NCBI GenBank assembly: GCA_030390025.1
Contig: CM059433.1
Span: 2,728,001 to 2,792,000, forward strand
Length of the DNA stretch: 64,000 nt
Direction of reading: 5' to 3'
DNA from: Squalus acanthias
Lineage: Eukaryota
Part shown: positions 1 to 14,399 of the stretch, piece after piece
How the letters are laid out: each line of letters starts with the position of its first letter
Numbering within the stretch: the stretch's first letter is position 1
Made by a program: the position numbers and the translations under genes
The notes under the pieces: model-generated
What the model was told of the DNA's origin: nothing
Seen by the model: only the letters and a program-made list of their open reading frames with translations
Database searches by the model: none

Positions 1-879
1 CTGATTGGCTGTTACCTTTGCCCACATAACAGATAACTGCAGCTCAAAGATAATTCATTAGTTGTGGAAATGAAAATTGGAAGAGATGTACAAAGGGCAG
101 CTGAATCGATATCCCCCATTTTTGCACGATCACCCAAAGTCAAAATGACCTCCACAAAACTTCAAAACAATTTCAGCACCTTCAAGTGGAGCTGCTGGAT
201 ACAAATACTTCATTTAGTACTCAGGGAGTTAAACAGTACTGCCTCAGGCACTGTGTAGTTTATTTCTCCTTCAATCATAATTTATGGCACTCTCATAAGC
301 AAGACTAAGGAATGACCATCATTAATATAAATTTAGAGTCAGAGAAAAGATTAACGTTGAAAATTTCCATCCTGACTTCTGCAAACCCTGACAAACCTAT
401 GATTTAACGTATTTGCTTGACAGTTTGGATTATTCTTTAATCACAGACATATGGGAGTAAAATAATTGAATGTCATTTGAACTGCCAAGCCTAAGGTGAC
501 AGTTTCTAAGTGAAGGGGCAGGGGCTTACTTGCTCCAGAGATGTAGTATTCCTATTTAGATTGTTCTTCGTAAGTGTTTTGATATTTAATCCAACATTGC
601 AGTAGATGGTTTGTTATTTAATGCAGGGTTACTGTCAAAACAGAAAGAGAAAGCCATTCATTTTTAGAAGCAACTGCTGGTCTAGTTATTGAACTTTATT
701 GACTAAAGAAACTTCCATTGTGCTTCACTCTCAGTAAATTTTTCAGAGATTGGGAGCCATCTACATGCATTGAAAATACATGTAACAGAACACATTTGTT
801 TCTATCAGTTTTCATCTATGAGCTTTAGTATTATATTTAGTGGTGTTTGTTGCATGACTCAGGCCAGGTTAAACCTGGT

Positions 880-3800
880 AGCAAAGAGAAATGCCCAGCA
901 CGCAAGTGCTAAAGACAAGGCTGAAGCGTTTGCAACCATCTTCAGCCAGAGGTGTCGAGTGGATGATCCATATCGGCCTTCTCCTGAGGTCCCCACTGTC
1001 ACAGAAGCCAGTCTTCAGCCAATTCGATTCACTCCACGTGATATCAAGAAACGGCTGAGCGCACTGGATACAGCAAAGGCTATGGGCCCTGACAATATCC
1101 CGGCTGTCATGCTGAAGACTTGTGCTCCAGAACTGGCTGCGCCTCTAGCCAAGCTGTTCCAGTACAGCTACAACACTGGCATCTATCCGACAATGTGGAA
1201 AACTGCCCAGGTGTGTCCTGTCCACAAAAAGCAGGACAAATCCAATCCGGCCAATTACCGCCAATCAGTCTACTCTCAATCATCAGCAAAGTGATGGAAG
1301 GTGTCATCAACAGTGCTATCAAGCAGCACTTACTCACCTGTAACCTGCTGACTGATGCCCAGTTTGAGTTGCGCCAAGACCACTCAGCTGCCGACCTCAT
1401 TACAGCCTTGGTCCAAACATGGACAAAGGAGCTGAATTCCAGAGGTGAGGTGAGAGTGACTGCCCTTGACATCAAGGCAACATTTGACTGAGTGTGGCAT
1501 CAAGGAGCCCCAGTAAAACTGAAGTCAATGGGAATCGGGGGGCAAACTCTCCACTGGCTGGAGTCATACCTAGCAGAAAGGAAGATGGTTGTGGTGGTTG
1601 AAGGTGAATCATCACAGCCCCAGGACATCGCTGCAGGAGTTCCTCAGGGCAGTGTCCTAGGCCCAACCATCTTCAGGCGCTTCATCAATGACCTTCCCTC
1701 CAACATAAGGTCAGAAATGGGGATGTTCGCTGATGACTGCACAGTGTTCAGCGCCATTCACAACTCCTCAGATAATGAAGCAATCCGTACCCGCATGCAA
1801 CAAGACCTGGACGACGTTCAGGCTTGGGCTGATAAGTGGCAGGTAACATTTGCGCCACAGAAGTGCCAGGCAATGACTATCTCCAACAAGCAAGAGTTTA
1901 ACCACCGTCCCTTGACATACAACGGCTGTCATCATGGGTGACTTTAATTTACCTATAGATTGGGCTAACCAAATTAGTAAAAATACTGTGGAGGAGGAAT
2001 TCCTAGAATGTTTACGAGATGGTTTTCTGGAACAATATGTCGAGGAACCAACCAGAGATCAGGCCATCTTAGACTGGGTATTATGCAACGAGAAAGGATT
2101 AATTAGCAATCTTGTTGTACGACGCCCCTTGGGTCAGAGTGATCATAATATGATAGAATTCTTCATTAGGATGGAGAGTGAAGTAGTTGAATCAGAGACT
2201 AGGGTCCTGAATTTAAATAAAGGAAACTACGATGGTATGAGGCGCGAATTGGGTAGGATTGATTGGGGAATGTCACTCAAAGGGTTGACGGTGGATAGGC
2301 AATGGCAAACATTCAAAGACTGCATGGATGAACTATAGAATTTGTACATCGCAGTGTGGCATAAGAATAAAACAAAAAGGGTGACTCAACTGTGGCTAAC
2401 AAGGGAAATTAGGGATAGCATAAGATCCAAGGAGAGGGCATATAAATTGGCCAGAAAAAGCGGTAGCCCTGAGGATTGGGAGCAGTTTAGGATTCAACAA
2501 AGGAGGACAAAGGGATTAATTAAGAAGGGGAAATTAGCTTTTATAGATATGTGAAGAGAAAAAGATTAGTGAAATCAAGTGTAGGTCCCTTGCAGTCAGA
2601 AGCGGGGGAAGTTATAATGGGGAACAAAGAAATGGCAGACCAATTAAATGCATATTTTGGTTCTGTCTTCACAAAGGAGGACACAAATAAGCTCCCAGAG
2701 ATGTTGGAGAACATACGGTCTGATGAAAGGGAGGAACTGAAAGAAATCAGTATTTGCAGGGAAATGGTGTTAGGGAAATTGACGGTATTGAAGGCCGATA
2801 AATCCCCAGGGCCTGATAATCTACATCCTAGGGTACTTAAGGAAGTGGCCCTAGAAATAGTAGATGCATTGCTGATCATCTTCCAACATTCGATGGAATC
2901 TGGAACTGTACCCATGGATTGGAGGGTAGCTAATGTTACCCCACTATTCAAAAAGGGTGGTAGAGAGAAAGCGGGGAATTACAGACCGGTAAGCCTGACA
3001 TCGGTAGTGGGGAAAATGCTAGAGTCCATTATAAAGGATGTAATAGCTGAGCATTTGAAAAACAGTGACAGGATCGGACAAAGTCAACATGGATTTACAA
3101 AAGGTAAATCGTGCTTGACTAATCTACTGGAATTTTTTGAGGATGTAACTGGGAAAATAGATAAGGGAGAACCAGTAGATGTGGTGTATTTGGACTTTCA
3201 AAAGGCTTTTGATAAGGTCCCGCATAAGAGATTAGCGGGTAAAGTTAAGGCACATGGGATTGGGGGCAAGGTATTGACTTGGATAGAGAACTGGTTGGCG
3301 GACAGAAAGCAGAGAGTAGGAATTAATGGGTCTTTTTCCGAGTGGCAAGCAGTGACTAGTGGGGTACCGCAGGGATCGGTCCTTGGACCCCAGCTATTCA
3401 CAATATACATTAATGATCTAGATAAGGGAATTAAATGTAATATCTCCAAATTTGCAGATGACACAAAGCTGGGTGGGAGTGTGTGCAGCGAGGAGGATAG
3501 CGAGAAACTCCAGGATGATCTGGACAGGTTGGGTGAGTGGGCAGAAGCGTGGCAGATGCAATATAACGTGGATAAGTGCGAGGTTATCCACTTTGGTGTC
3601 AAAAACAGAAAGGCAGACTATTATCTGAATGGCAATAGATTGGGAGAAGGGGAAGTGCAACGAGACCTGGGTGTCCTTGTGCACCAGTCGCTGAAAGTAA
3701 GCATGCAGGTGCAGCAGGCGGTGAAGAAGGCAAATGGTATGTTGGCCTTCATAGCGAAAGGGTTTGAGTATAGGAACAGGGATGTCCTGCTGCAGTTGTA

Positions 3801-5066
3801 CAGGGCCTTGGTGAGACCACACCTTGAGTACTGTGTGCAGTTTTGGTCGCCTTATCTGAGGAAGGATGTTCTTGCCATGGAAGGAGTTCAGCGAAGATTC
3901 ACAAGGCTGATACCTGGGATGGCAGGAATGACATATGAGGAGAGATTGGGTCGATTGGGCTTATACTCACTGGAGTATAGAAGAATGAGAGGGGATCTCA
4001 TCGAAACATATAAAATTCTGACAGGTCTGGACAAACTAGATGCAGGAAGAATGTTCCCGATGGTCGGAGAGTCCAGAACCAGGGTCATAATCTACGGATA
4101 ACGGGTAAACCATTTAGGACAGAAATGAGGAAGAATTTCTTCACCCAGAGAGTGGTAAACCTGTGGAATTCTCTACCACAGAAGGTAGTTGAGGCGAAGT
4201 CATTAAATATATTCAAGGATGAGTTAGATATATTTCTTAAAGCTAAAGGTATCAAGGGATATGGGGAGAAGGCAGGTACAGGGTACTGAGTTTAGATGAT
4301 CAGCCATGATCTCATCGAATGGCGGAGCAGGCTCGAGGGGCTGAATGGCCTACTCCTGCTCCTATCTTCTATGTTTCTATATTACCATCACCGAATCCCC
4401 CACCATCAGCATCCTGGGGGTTACCATTGACCAGAAACTTAACTGGACCAGTCACATAAATACTATCAGAGGCTAGGTATTCTGTGGCGAGTGTCTCAAC
4501 TCCTGACTCCCCAAAGCCTTTCCACCATCTACAAGGCACAAGTTAGAAGTGTGATGGAATATTCTCCACTTGCCTGGATGAGTGCAGCTCCAACAACACT
4601 CAAGAAGCTCGACACCATCCAAGACAAAGCAGCCGCTTGATTGGCACCTCATCCACCACCTTAAACATTCGCTCCCTCCACCACCGGCGCACCGTGACTG
4701 CAGTGTGTACCATCTACAAGATGCACTGCAGCAACTCGCCAAGGCTTCTTCGGCAGCACCTCCCAAACCCGCGACCTCTTCCACCTAGAAGGACAAGGGC
4801 AGCAGGCGCATGGGAACACCACCACCTCCAAGTTCCCCTCCAAGTCACATACCATCCTAACTTGGAAGTATATCGCCGATCCTTCATCGTCACTGGGTCA
4901 AAATCCTGGAACTCCCTCCCTAACAGCACTGTGGGAATACCTTCACCACACGGACTGCAGCGGTTCAAGAAAGTCGCTCACCATCACCTTCTCAAGGGCA
5001 ATTAGGGATGGGCAATAAATGCTGGCCTCGCCAGCGACGCCCACATCCCATAAATGAATAAAAAAA
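880..5066 (+). mobile_element. 5'-truncated poly(A)-tailed LINE of the CR1/L2 superclade ('family B'), degenerate RT ORF, split by a nested CR1
   Basis: Frameshifted RT pieces (GPDNIP, NYRPISLLS-like, GVPQGSVLGP, FADD) at 880-1926. The sequence resumes at 4381 exactly where it broke off (compare the intact junction at ~61600-61640) and ends ...cacatcccataaatgaataaaaaaa. Confidence 0.85.
1927..4380 (+). mobile_element. CR1 LINE (5'-truncated; endonuclease C-terminal part plus RT) nested in the family-B LINE
   Basis: ORFs 1934-2338 (GDFN...SDH endonuclease motifs) and 2551-4101 (516 aa RT: QHGF, YLDFQKAFDKV, GVPQGSVLGP, FADD). CR1-type 3' tail ctcctgctcctatcttctatgtttctat. Confidence 0.95.
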
Positions 5067-5834
5067 TGGACCCATGCAATCTGAAAACAGTTCCCAATGT
5101 GCACAACTTTACGGCTTTTAAAAGACTGCCTTTGACATTTGCGCAATTGGGCAAAATTTGACAATCTCACTCAAAAGTACCAAAGTTAAGTTAATTTAGA
5201 AATTGTAAAAAAAAATGCATGTTGTAGCATTTTCCTCAGTAAGGACAATGCTGATCGGCAGTAGGGTTTTAGGCACATTAATAGATTAAAACAGTGGAAA
5301 CACTGCTTTACATCTTCCTCAAAATCTAACATTTTGCATGGGAGTTTATATTAGGGCCACTTTTTTTTGTCTTTTCCAGTGGTTCTGGTGGACTATTTGA
5401 AGCAATTTGACCAGAGATTTCTCCCGCTGTCCCGGTCAACATTCCTCCCTCAACCAACACCATCAAAAAACAGATTAGCTGGTTATTCATTTCATGGCTG
5501 TTTGTGGGACACTGGTGGTATAGAATAGGGTTCTCAGACAGGCGTATGTGAGGGGGATGAGAAACATGCAGCCTAGTGTGGCGAGCTGACCGCTGAGGTG
5601 TAACGTCAGGTAGAAGGCTGTGTGTTGGAAACTTCCACGGCATGACCTCGAGAAGCAGGAAGTTGACTTTTATTGGCAAATGGGGAAAAGTGGGCTCGGG
5701 GTCAAACATGCTGATTGTCTATGTCCGTGCAAAGAGTTGCCTTGTACAAGGCCGAGTGCTGCCTTAATAATACAGAAATGAGACCGCACACTGCCTTAAT
5801 GCTTGCATTCTACTAGCATTTTAATATTGATTTC

Positions 5835-6255
5835 ATCGGATTATATCGGATATACGGCACAGAAACAGGCCATTCGGCCCAACCACTCCCTGCCGGCGTT
5901 TATGCTCCACTCGAGCCTCCTCCCATCTTTCCTCATCTAAATCTATCAGCATAACCCTCTATTCCCTTCTCCCTCAGATGTTTGTCCAGCCTCCCCTTAA
6001 ATGCATCTATACTATTCGCTTCAACCACTCCCTGTGGGAGCGAGTTCCACATTCTCACCGCTCTCTGGGGAAAGAAGTTTCTTCTGAATTCCCTATTGGA
6101 TTTCTTGGTGACTATCTTATATTGATGGCCTACAGTTATGCTCTTCCCCACAAGTGGAAACATTCTCTCTGTATCCACTCTATCAAAACTTTTCATCATT
6201 TTAAAGACCTCTATTAGGTCACCCCTCAGGAGACCCAGCCTGTTCATCCTTTCCT
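5835..6255 (-). mobile_element. CR1 LINE 3' fragment
   Basis: ORF 5933-6262 resembles the CR1 ORF2 C-terminus (RGDLIEVFK...RRNFF...WNSLP), followed by a CR1-like 3' UTR. Confidence 0.85.
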
Positions 6256-7509
6256 GCTGCATCTATTGATTAAACTTCTGAAAATATTATTAGTATAGGT
6301 TTCAGAATAGAACAAGCGGGAGAGAGACACTCATGATCACGGATAATTCTCTTCTATCATTACCACTGCACTTACACACGGCCAAATGCTCAAGCACGCA
6401 GGATCATCCGACTCCACACACGCAGAATATCTTCACCCAGCAGCATTCTTGGGGGGTGGAAGGACGGGGGGAGGGGGAGCCACCTCAAGAAAGCATAAGA
6501 AGAAATTTTAAATCCCAAGCTGATCTTTATTAGTAAAATGTTGATCCGCCAACACTACAGGAAATTCAACACAAAATGCTGACAGTTGACATGTATGTCC
6601 TCACTCACACAGCTGAACCTTGGAGATCAAGTGCAAAAAAAATTGCCCCAATTGCTCAACATCTTCTGCCTACAGGCATGCACAATGTCCCAATGCACCC
6701 TTCTGCGGCTCCATGCAATCAGTGTCCTGTGACACTGGAGAAATATATTACTGTGAGTAATCTCTCGGACACATAAGAAAAGCAGAACGCCAAATAGCGA
6801 GAGTGAAACTACAATGATTGAACAAAGAGGTCAAATAACATAGCTAAAGAGAATTATTTTAAAATATATATGAGCAACCAAAAAAGTATTGAGGACTACA
6901 AAAGTAATTGAGGTTAAATAAACTATTTGAAAGGGGAAGATGGCAATGGAAAGGAAAATTGGGAGAGGTGAATAACAGAGCGACCGAACCGATATCACCT
7001 GTTTTATACTATTGCCCAAAGTAAAAGTTACCCCCCATATCATAAATTAAGACAAAATCCTTACCTGCCCACACAGGTAAAAGTCCCAAAATGTTACATT
7101 ACTTCTCTCTCTGGAAGAGGTCCCTCACTTGCAAGCCCAATAACTCGCTTACAAGGACTTTGGAGTCAGCACAAAGCACACCATCACGGCCGCTGATCAT
7201 TCTGGGCCACACAATCACAGGCTGCACGGAAACCTACCTTAAAGGTGTGCTGGCAACTGGCACCTCTGATCCATTACCTCTAAATACTTCTAAGTCCGAT
7301 GTATTGGGTGGCAGGGTTTGCAGGTAAAGCCTGGTCGACATTGAATTGCCTGCACTGTCGGTTTCACTCCAAGACAGTAGCAGGCTGCTGCTCACAGGTT
7401 TGCCATGGGTCAGTGATTCAGCCATTGCCTAGGTATCTGATGAATGGTTTGTCTGCCTACAGCTCATGAGCAGTACATCCATGATTTCTCAATAAGTTGC
7501 CCATGTATG

Positions 7510-9050
7510 TGGTTTTCTGCCGGCGGCACAGAGTCTGTGGGGGCGATCTCACCAGCCCTGGCGCGGATATGGAGGCAGGACTGCCGGGAAAATGGCAGAA
7601 ATTGGGGGCGGGTGCCCAACCCGACCCCAATCCGCCTCCATGCCATCTTGCCAGGAGGCGGGTAGCCATCCCGCGCCGGGTCCCGTCTCCTTGGAGGCGG
7701 GAAGGGATTAAAGCCTATTAACTGCCTGTTAACAGGTACTTAACAGGCAGACAATAGGATTATCCCCTTTTTGCCCTCACAAGTGCGGGCTTCCCGAAGG
7801 ATCCGAAACCCGCCAGCTCAGCGAGGCGAGTAGTGGGTCTGCGGGGGTCGGGGGGGGGGGGGGAAAGTGCGCTGTGAAGGTAAGTGGTGGGTACAAGTGT
7901 GGAGAGGTGAGTATCTGAGGTAAGTGCAAAGTGTTAGTAAAAGTGTACTTACCTTTGTTTCTTCCTGCAGGCTTCAGTCGATGTGTATGCGGAGAGTCTC
8001 GCACCTCCGTGTTGCAGATGCGAGATGGCCGTTACATTCTCCAATGCAACAACCATCTCATTTCTGTAAAACAAAGAAGTTTGATGAGGTCTTGAATTCA
8101 AAAGTTTTTGACAGATGTAACGTCATACGTTGACGTTCTCTGCAACCGGCTTTCCCTTAATTCGCCTGCTAAACCCGCTGGGTGGGCTTAACCAGGTCAA
8201 TCAAGGGAAAATAGCGTGAGTTGGCCACAAATCGATGGAGGCAGGACATCGACCCGCCAAGCAGCAGTCCCGCCTCCAACGCGCCCCCATTGGCAAAATC
8301 ACCCCCTCAGAAAACACTGGGCTAGATATCGCGGTCGGAGGCGTGCCTCTGACCCGCGTAACCTTTATGAACCTACCACCAGGCGCCCGGGCTGCGGAGG
8401 GTAACGGTCTCGGGCCTCCAGGCGGACGGCAGCGTAAAGGCCCACGGATCCCAGGGGCGCAGGTGGATCGGCAGGATCCCTGGGATCACGTGAGCCTGGT
8501 CCTCCAATCACAAAGGAGGTTTCAATTGCAATCATTTACGAAGGGAATCCCCTAATGATATGCAATGGAATCCCCAAATCGTTATACAATTTACACAATT
8601 CTAATAAATATAAATGTATTGAATTTCAATTTTATTCCTAGGAACCTTCATTGCACCAAGCCCAATAATAATGTAAATTTTTGATAAATAATTTTAAACA
8701 TCGTAATCTGGGCCAAAATTTGCATAAACTCATTTAAAGTGTATGTGCATCATTTTTGATTTTTAAATGATTAATTTGCGGCTTATATACACCCATATGC
8801 TGATGAAAGCAGGCCCTATGCCTTCTTTTACCAGCCGTAAGAGTTTTGTGGGCAATTGCTGGGCAGTTGTTGGGCAAACAGTCCAACTCTGCGCCACCAA
8901 TGCTGAGTTTCCGTGCGGTTCGGATGATCTGTTAGGGCGTACTTTGACAGATCGCAGGTTCCGGATTTCTCGCATGTGGAAACCCAAAAGTCGCGGAGCC
9001 TTTGAAATGGATTACGACGGCGTCGTCAGGGAGATCGCAATTTCAGGGCC
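7510..9050. mobile_element. Cluster of GC-rich non-autonomous DNA-transposon (probably Harbinger-type MITE) pieces
   Basis: GGG(C)...-type termini. Segment ~8110-8308 recurs inverted at ~63763-63970. No coding capacity; boundaries approximate. Confidence 0.5.
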
Positions 9051-9449
9051 ATTATCCTATCTCTTATGGGGCTCCAATTCCCCATTCGCCAACAGAGGCT
9101 CTGAAATGAGAAGGCTGAAGATCATGTCCCTGTGTTTAAACATATCTTTTCCTCTCGAAGTTCAAACAATTATTTTAAGGTAGTTAGGCAATGAAAATGT
9201 TAATAGTTTTAACAGTTCTGCAACAGAGAGGGAATGGCTGGCAACAGCAATCATTTTTCACTTTGGCAGTTTTACATTTGTCCATATTCAAAAGCTGCAA
9301 TTCTGTCTGTCCCATCACATCAGGAGGGCTGCAAGTAACAGATCCCATTAGTTCTCTAGCTGTGAGTCAAATAATGATTCCCGGTTTTATTTAATACACC
9401 GCTTGGTGTCCACCTTAGGGCTGACATGGCTTTATATATTTTTGCATGC

Positions 9450-10084
9450 ATACATATAAATACTGTGGCAACAAGAGCAGGTCAGAGGCTGGGTATTCTG
9501 TGGCGAGTGTCTCACCTCCTGACTCCCCAAAGCCTTTCCACCATCTACAAGGCACAAGTCAGGAGTGTGATGGAATACTCTCCACTTGCCTGGATGAGTG
9601 CAGCTCCAACAACACTCAAGAAGCTCGACACCATCCAGGACAAAGCAGCCCACTTGATTGGCACCCCATCCACCACCTTAAACATTCACTCCCTCCACCA
9701 CCGGCGTACCGTGGCTGCAGTGTGTACCATCTACAAGATGCACTGCAGCAACTCGCCAAGGCTTCTTCGGCAGCACCTCCCAAACCTGCGACCTCTACCA
9801 CCTAGAAGGACAAGGGCAGCAGGCGCATGGGAACACCACCACCTCCAAGTTCCCCTCCAAGTCACACACCATCCTGACTTGGAAATATATCGTCGATTCT
9901 TCATCGTCGCTGGGTCAAAATCCTGGAACTCCCTCCCTAACAGCACTGTGGGAGTACCTTCACCAAATAGACTGCAATGGTTCAAGAAGGCGGCTCATCA
10001 TCACCTTCTCAAGGACAATTAGGGATGGGCAATAAATGCTGGCCTTGCCAGCGACACCCACATCCCATAAACGAATAAAAAAAA
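9450..10084 (+). mobile_element. Family-B LINE 3' fragment
   Basis: Near-identical to 4455-5066 (YKAQVRSVMEYSPLAW...HHHLLK), with an A-rich tail. Confidence 0.9.
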
Positions 10085-11157
10085 CTTACACACCTCTCAC
10101 AAGATGGAAATATCATATTTTTTACAATCTGCGCTTGTGTATTATTTTTGACTTTCCCTCTTATTACAATATCAAATCTAACATACAGTAATTGCTACCA
10201 GCCAAGTGTGCAACGCATTCCAGGGTACTAATACTTTCTAGCGGACTGCTGAGTACAAAATCCAATATAATATCGAGCTGAGCAATTGCTTCAAATATTG
10301 TTAAGAAACACTCATTACCTCTCTGAAATTGCTTCTCCTTTCACCCCCCAAGCAGCTGAAAGAATATCAAGTAATATTTCAAATGTGCTAATTTTCATAT
10401 ATGGCACGATTAAGGGCAAAGTTTGATCTTCTGCAGTCACTCAATAACTTGGGACTGCGCCAGTGCTACAGTTAAAGAATTAAAATTTTACATTCCTATT
10501 TCAGGAACAAATGATTACGTTTATTTTGACACATAGCAGAGTCATTTAGGATTGACTCCAAATGGTCCTATCACCACATGCATCTGAGATACTTTACTAA
10601 CCGACAAGAGATCAGTAATTGTCACAATAAACTCTTATCCTTACTCAACAATTTATAATAAAACAAAAGTGGCACAACCTGAAAATTGGTTTCCATAATT
10701 TATAGTTTAATGCTAATATGTCCAAAGGAAAGGTTTCTTGAGACTAATCTGGAAATTAAATAAGTGATTTTTTTTTAACAAGAATCCATCATTCAAGTCT
10801 GAAAGTAGTCACGTTGGGCAGGGCAGGGATGGTAAAGAGAAATTGTCCTGCTTACAAGAACTGAGCCACTTTGGGCAGTAAATATGCAGGAGATGAGCCA
10901 GAAGAATGGCACTTTCCATATTCTTATGTGTTAATTTTCTGAGCATGAATACATTAAATTAAATGAGGTTATGCAACTGTGTTAGCTTAACGTAAATAAG
11001 CCACTTGACCTTTGCACAAGTTAAAGTGCAGAAAATAAATTACAAACCCAAAGTTAGGGGACTCCACATTCTATGAAAAAAGATCTGCTTATGGCCCAAC
11101 AATTTATAAAAATGAATCATAGAAATTTACAGCACAAAAGGAGGCCATTTGACCCAT

Positions 11158-12428
11158 GGGCCGGAATTTTCCTTAACTTGGCGGTGTCCATGGCGGGTCG
11201 CGACCCCACTGCTGGCTCCATCCCGCTGTACAAAATGAACTTACCTTAATGGGGCCTATTAAGCCCGCCCAGCGTGTTATCTGGCCCAATAAGATGGAGC
11301 GGGTCTGGTGACATCACTCATGATGCGTTTTAAACCGGGATCTTTAAAGGGACCGTGGCCACATTAAATTTTAAGTTTAATCTAACATAGTGGGTGTTGA
11401 ATCTTTACTGTACAATCATATAATAAAAGTTATATATGAGTGACAAAGAAATATTTCCATAATATTATCATTAAGTAATATGACCATCTACAAATACAAT
11501 CAAGAACATAATTGAAAAAGTGCATTAATTGGGAAGTTATTGGTGCTTTAGTCACAAATCTATAGACTTTTGTATCAGTAACTGGTACAAATAAAAGATG
11601 TGTGTGTATAGGTAATACATCAAATTAAGCATGTTTTAAATGTAATTGTAAAAGGGTGGATTTACAATCTTATGCAAATTCAGCGGAAGAGCTGTGGAAT
11701 CCCTGACAAACAGTGTAAGTGGTGCTTATAAATTGTTTCTGGGATTTCTGCAGCTCTTCTGTTGAAGTTAACAATGGACAAGTGAGAGAACCTCTGCAGA
11801 AATTCACCCTAAAGTCTCAGACTGAAAAATTAAATTAGTCACATTCAGGGACTGAAAGCAAATTGAACCAGTGGAATGAGTGATGAGAATGGAATTGTTA
11901 TGGCTGATGACTTGATTTAATGTGTAACTGGACAATCACAGTACACTGTGAGAAAAACCTGACCAGAAACAACACAAAAAATTATTGAAATAGTATATGT
12001 CATTTTTTATAGTGCAGATCAATTCACTGCAATTACTGTTCAGTTAGAAGGCAACAGCTGAGAACGGCCAGTGAAAAATTAACATTTACCAGTAGCTTTT
12101 CCAGTAGAACAGAATCTCCATCTATCTGTTAGCTGATGTAATCCACATGTTTTTATTTTGGTTTGTTTTCCATGCTGTCAAGTCATCAGCTGGAGCAATG
12201 GCCACGGAACTCACGCCTCAGACGTGGTTCCTGAGTTGTGTGAATCCCGTGGTCATGCAGGGATATTTAAAAAGTAAGTGAAAAAAGGCTCTTAAGTGCC
12301 TGTAAAATACCTGATAATGATTTCAATTGGATCGTCCGCCACTGCAGGTCGGGTCGGCTCCACGCTGACAGATGCACCTGTGGGAAAGGCGCGTGGGAGC
12401 GAGTTGACAGCGGGTTCCTTGATTAAAT
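11158..12428 (+). mobile_element. Non-autonomous Harbinger-like element, copy 1 (right end missing)
   Basis: Begins gggccggaattttcc. Its body matches 39230-39679 plus 43618-44403 in inverted orientation, and its 5' end also matches 58550-58760. Confidence 0.7.
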
Positions 12429-12760
12429 CTGTGCATCTCCCTTGATAGTGGACCTCCAAATCCAAAAGCAATCAATTTCTCCTAAGACCAATTGTCATTT
12501 GAATCTGGCATTGTGGGACCCACATGTTGTCTAGAACAGATTAGATGCCTGCTTTCTACAGGCATATGTCCTGCTGGCCGCATTACTGGCATATTTGGCA
12601 TAAACTCTGGGGGATCCTGGGAGCCTTCACCCCCTCCCCCCCCACCTCTGCCAAGACACAGCAACACATCCTCAAATTGATGATGGGATGAAGAGGCAGG
12701 CAGAAGACATGCCTGTCTCAAATTTGCTGTTGCAGGTGTTATGTTGGATTTGATATCGGA

Positions 12761-14295
12761 TATGAACTAATACACTAGCTTCCGCATCCCTGCTTCTTAT
12801 CCTTTATTTAATTAACAGACTTGAGCATCCATGAGACAGTGATATATCTGGCAGATGTTTATTCATTAAAGACAGCAAACTGAGTAGTACATGCAAGCAA
12901 AAGTTTATATACTCACAAATAGGATATCAATCGGGGAAATACTCGCTTAAATTGCACCAGGCAGGTCATAGTCTTGAGTCTCACCAAGGGTATTGTAAGC
13001 CTTTCTCTTACTATTGTTCAGACTTCGAGAATTATGAATAAGCGTAACAATGATAGATAAGTATGTGATAAATAAAATTGGTCTTTATTCACACTACAGT
13101 TCAAAATTCAAGTGTACATAGAAGCATTCACTCAGAATCAATATGCTTACAATTTACCGTCTATAAAAGTACCTCCTCAGCAACTTATCCCAAGTCAACC
13201 GTACATAAAAGCACCCTTTAACAATATCTAAGCTCTATGTCCGACTTTCATACATACTCCTTTATCTCTGGGTGATCGGTCCAGAAAAGACTTAGGTTGC
13301 AAACATAGACTGGCCAGCTTTCTTTGTTTCTTTGTTTCTTCTGTTCTCCTACTCTTCTGTTCTTCCTTCTTCTTCCTTCTTTCTGAACTGCCCGCCTCTG
13401 GGTCATTTCTTTTATAGAGCCTTTCTGTCGGCCTCCCTCGTATATCACCATCTGCCCACCTCTGATAGGTCAGTTTCACTCCAAACCTCCCCTGATTGGA
13501 GTTCCTTCTGCATGACACGCTCATGTTCCTGTGAGGTGTGTGGGGGCGGGACTTCCTCTTCAACCCGTGTTTCTCCTTCCTGTCCATGTGGTCTCACAAA
13601 CAAAGGACCATATGCTGACCACCAGGCAAAGGATCCTCTACTGACTTCCTACATTTTGTCTCTTCACAAACAAAGGAACACATGCTGACTTCCTACATTT
13701 TGAGTATTCCGTAACCATTTCACAATTCGTTCTGAACTTCGATCTCCACACGGTAGCAGCGGTTTTATTATGGTTTTTAGAATCTTACAGTATGTGGCAC
13801 TCCACATTTATACCTTTACTATATCACAACTACATTGCCCACAGGATATGGTGCAAGCTGAGCTCTGTGTGCTATTCATGTTTTTTAAGCTGACCTACAC
13901 TGGTTCTGTCCAGTCCCCTTACCTCCAGGTCTTTGTTTCGTGTTTCTGTTATATTACTCTGCTAAGTACATTTCAGTACTTCTGCCGGCCTGGGTCTGTT
14001 TGCCCACGGCAGCACATTGACCCTTACTCTATTATAATTGTGTGCTACACGTTCCGTCTAAGCTAAGCATTCTACTTATCTATAATTAGTTTTAGACAGT
14101 GCTGTGATTAGTTACATGACTGCCTATTGCTTTCAATTCTGTTTTCATGTCTACTCTTGATCAATCAGCCTATTCTGTATATTCAGCAGAATTCAGTTTG
14201 TCTCTCTCTCTCTCTCTACACACACTGTAGCTCCCTATATATAACTAACCATGATTTGCTTTAACTATTTCAAGCTGTTAACTTATTATATTACA
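12761..14295 (-). mobile_element. Probable older solo LTR hosting a nested solo LTR
   Basis: Flanked by a TCGGA direct repeat (12756-12760, 14296-14300) and ends in TTACA. The left end reads TA rather than TG. It has minus-strand AATAAA motifs and a GTGAGTAT donor-like motif. Confidence 0.4.
12994..13789 (-). mobile_element. Solo LTR (796 bp, family C)
   Basis: TGTAAG...CTTACA inverted termini and a 4-bp TSD GTAT (12990-12993, 13790-13793). Orientation is tentative, from AATAAA and TATA-like motifs on the minus strand. Confidence 0.8.
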
Positions 14296-14399
14296 TCGGA
14301 CAGGGCAGAAACCCAGCGCAGGCAGGTGCTGCCCAATTTTCCAGCCCCTCCATTGCCCCAATGCTTGAATTTTTCCATAAAAGAGTGGAATTTCTGGGC

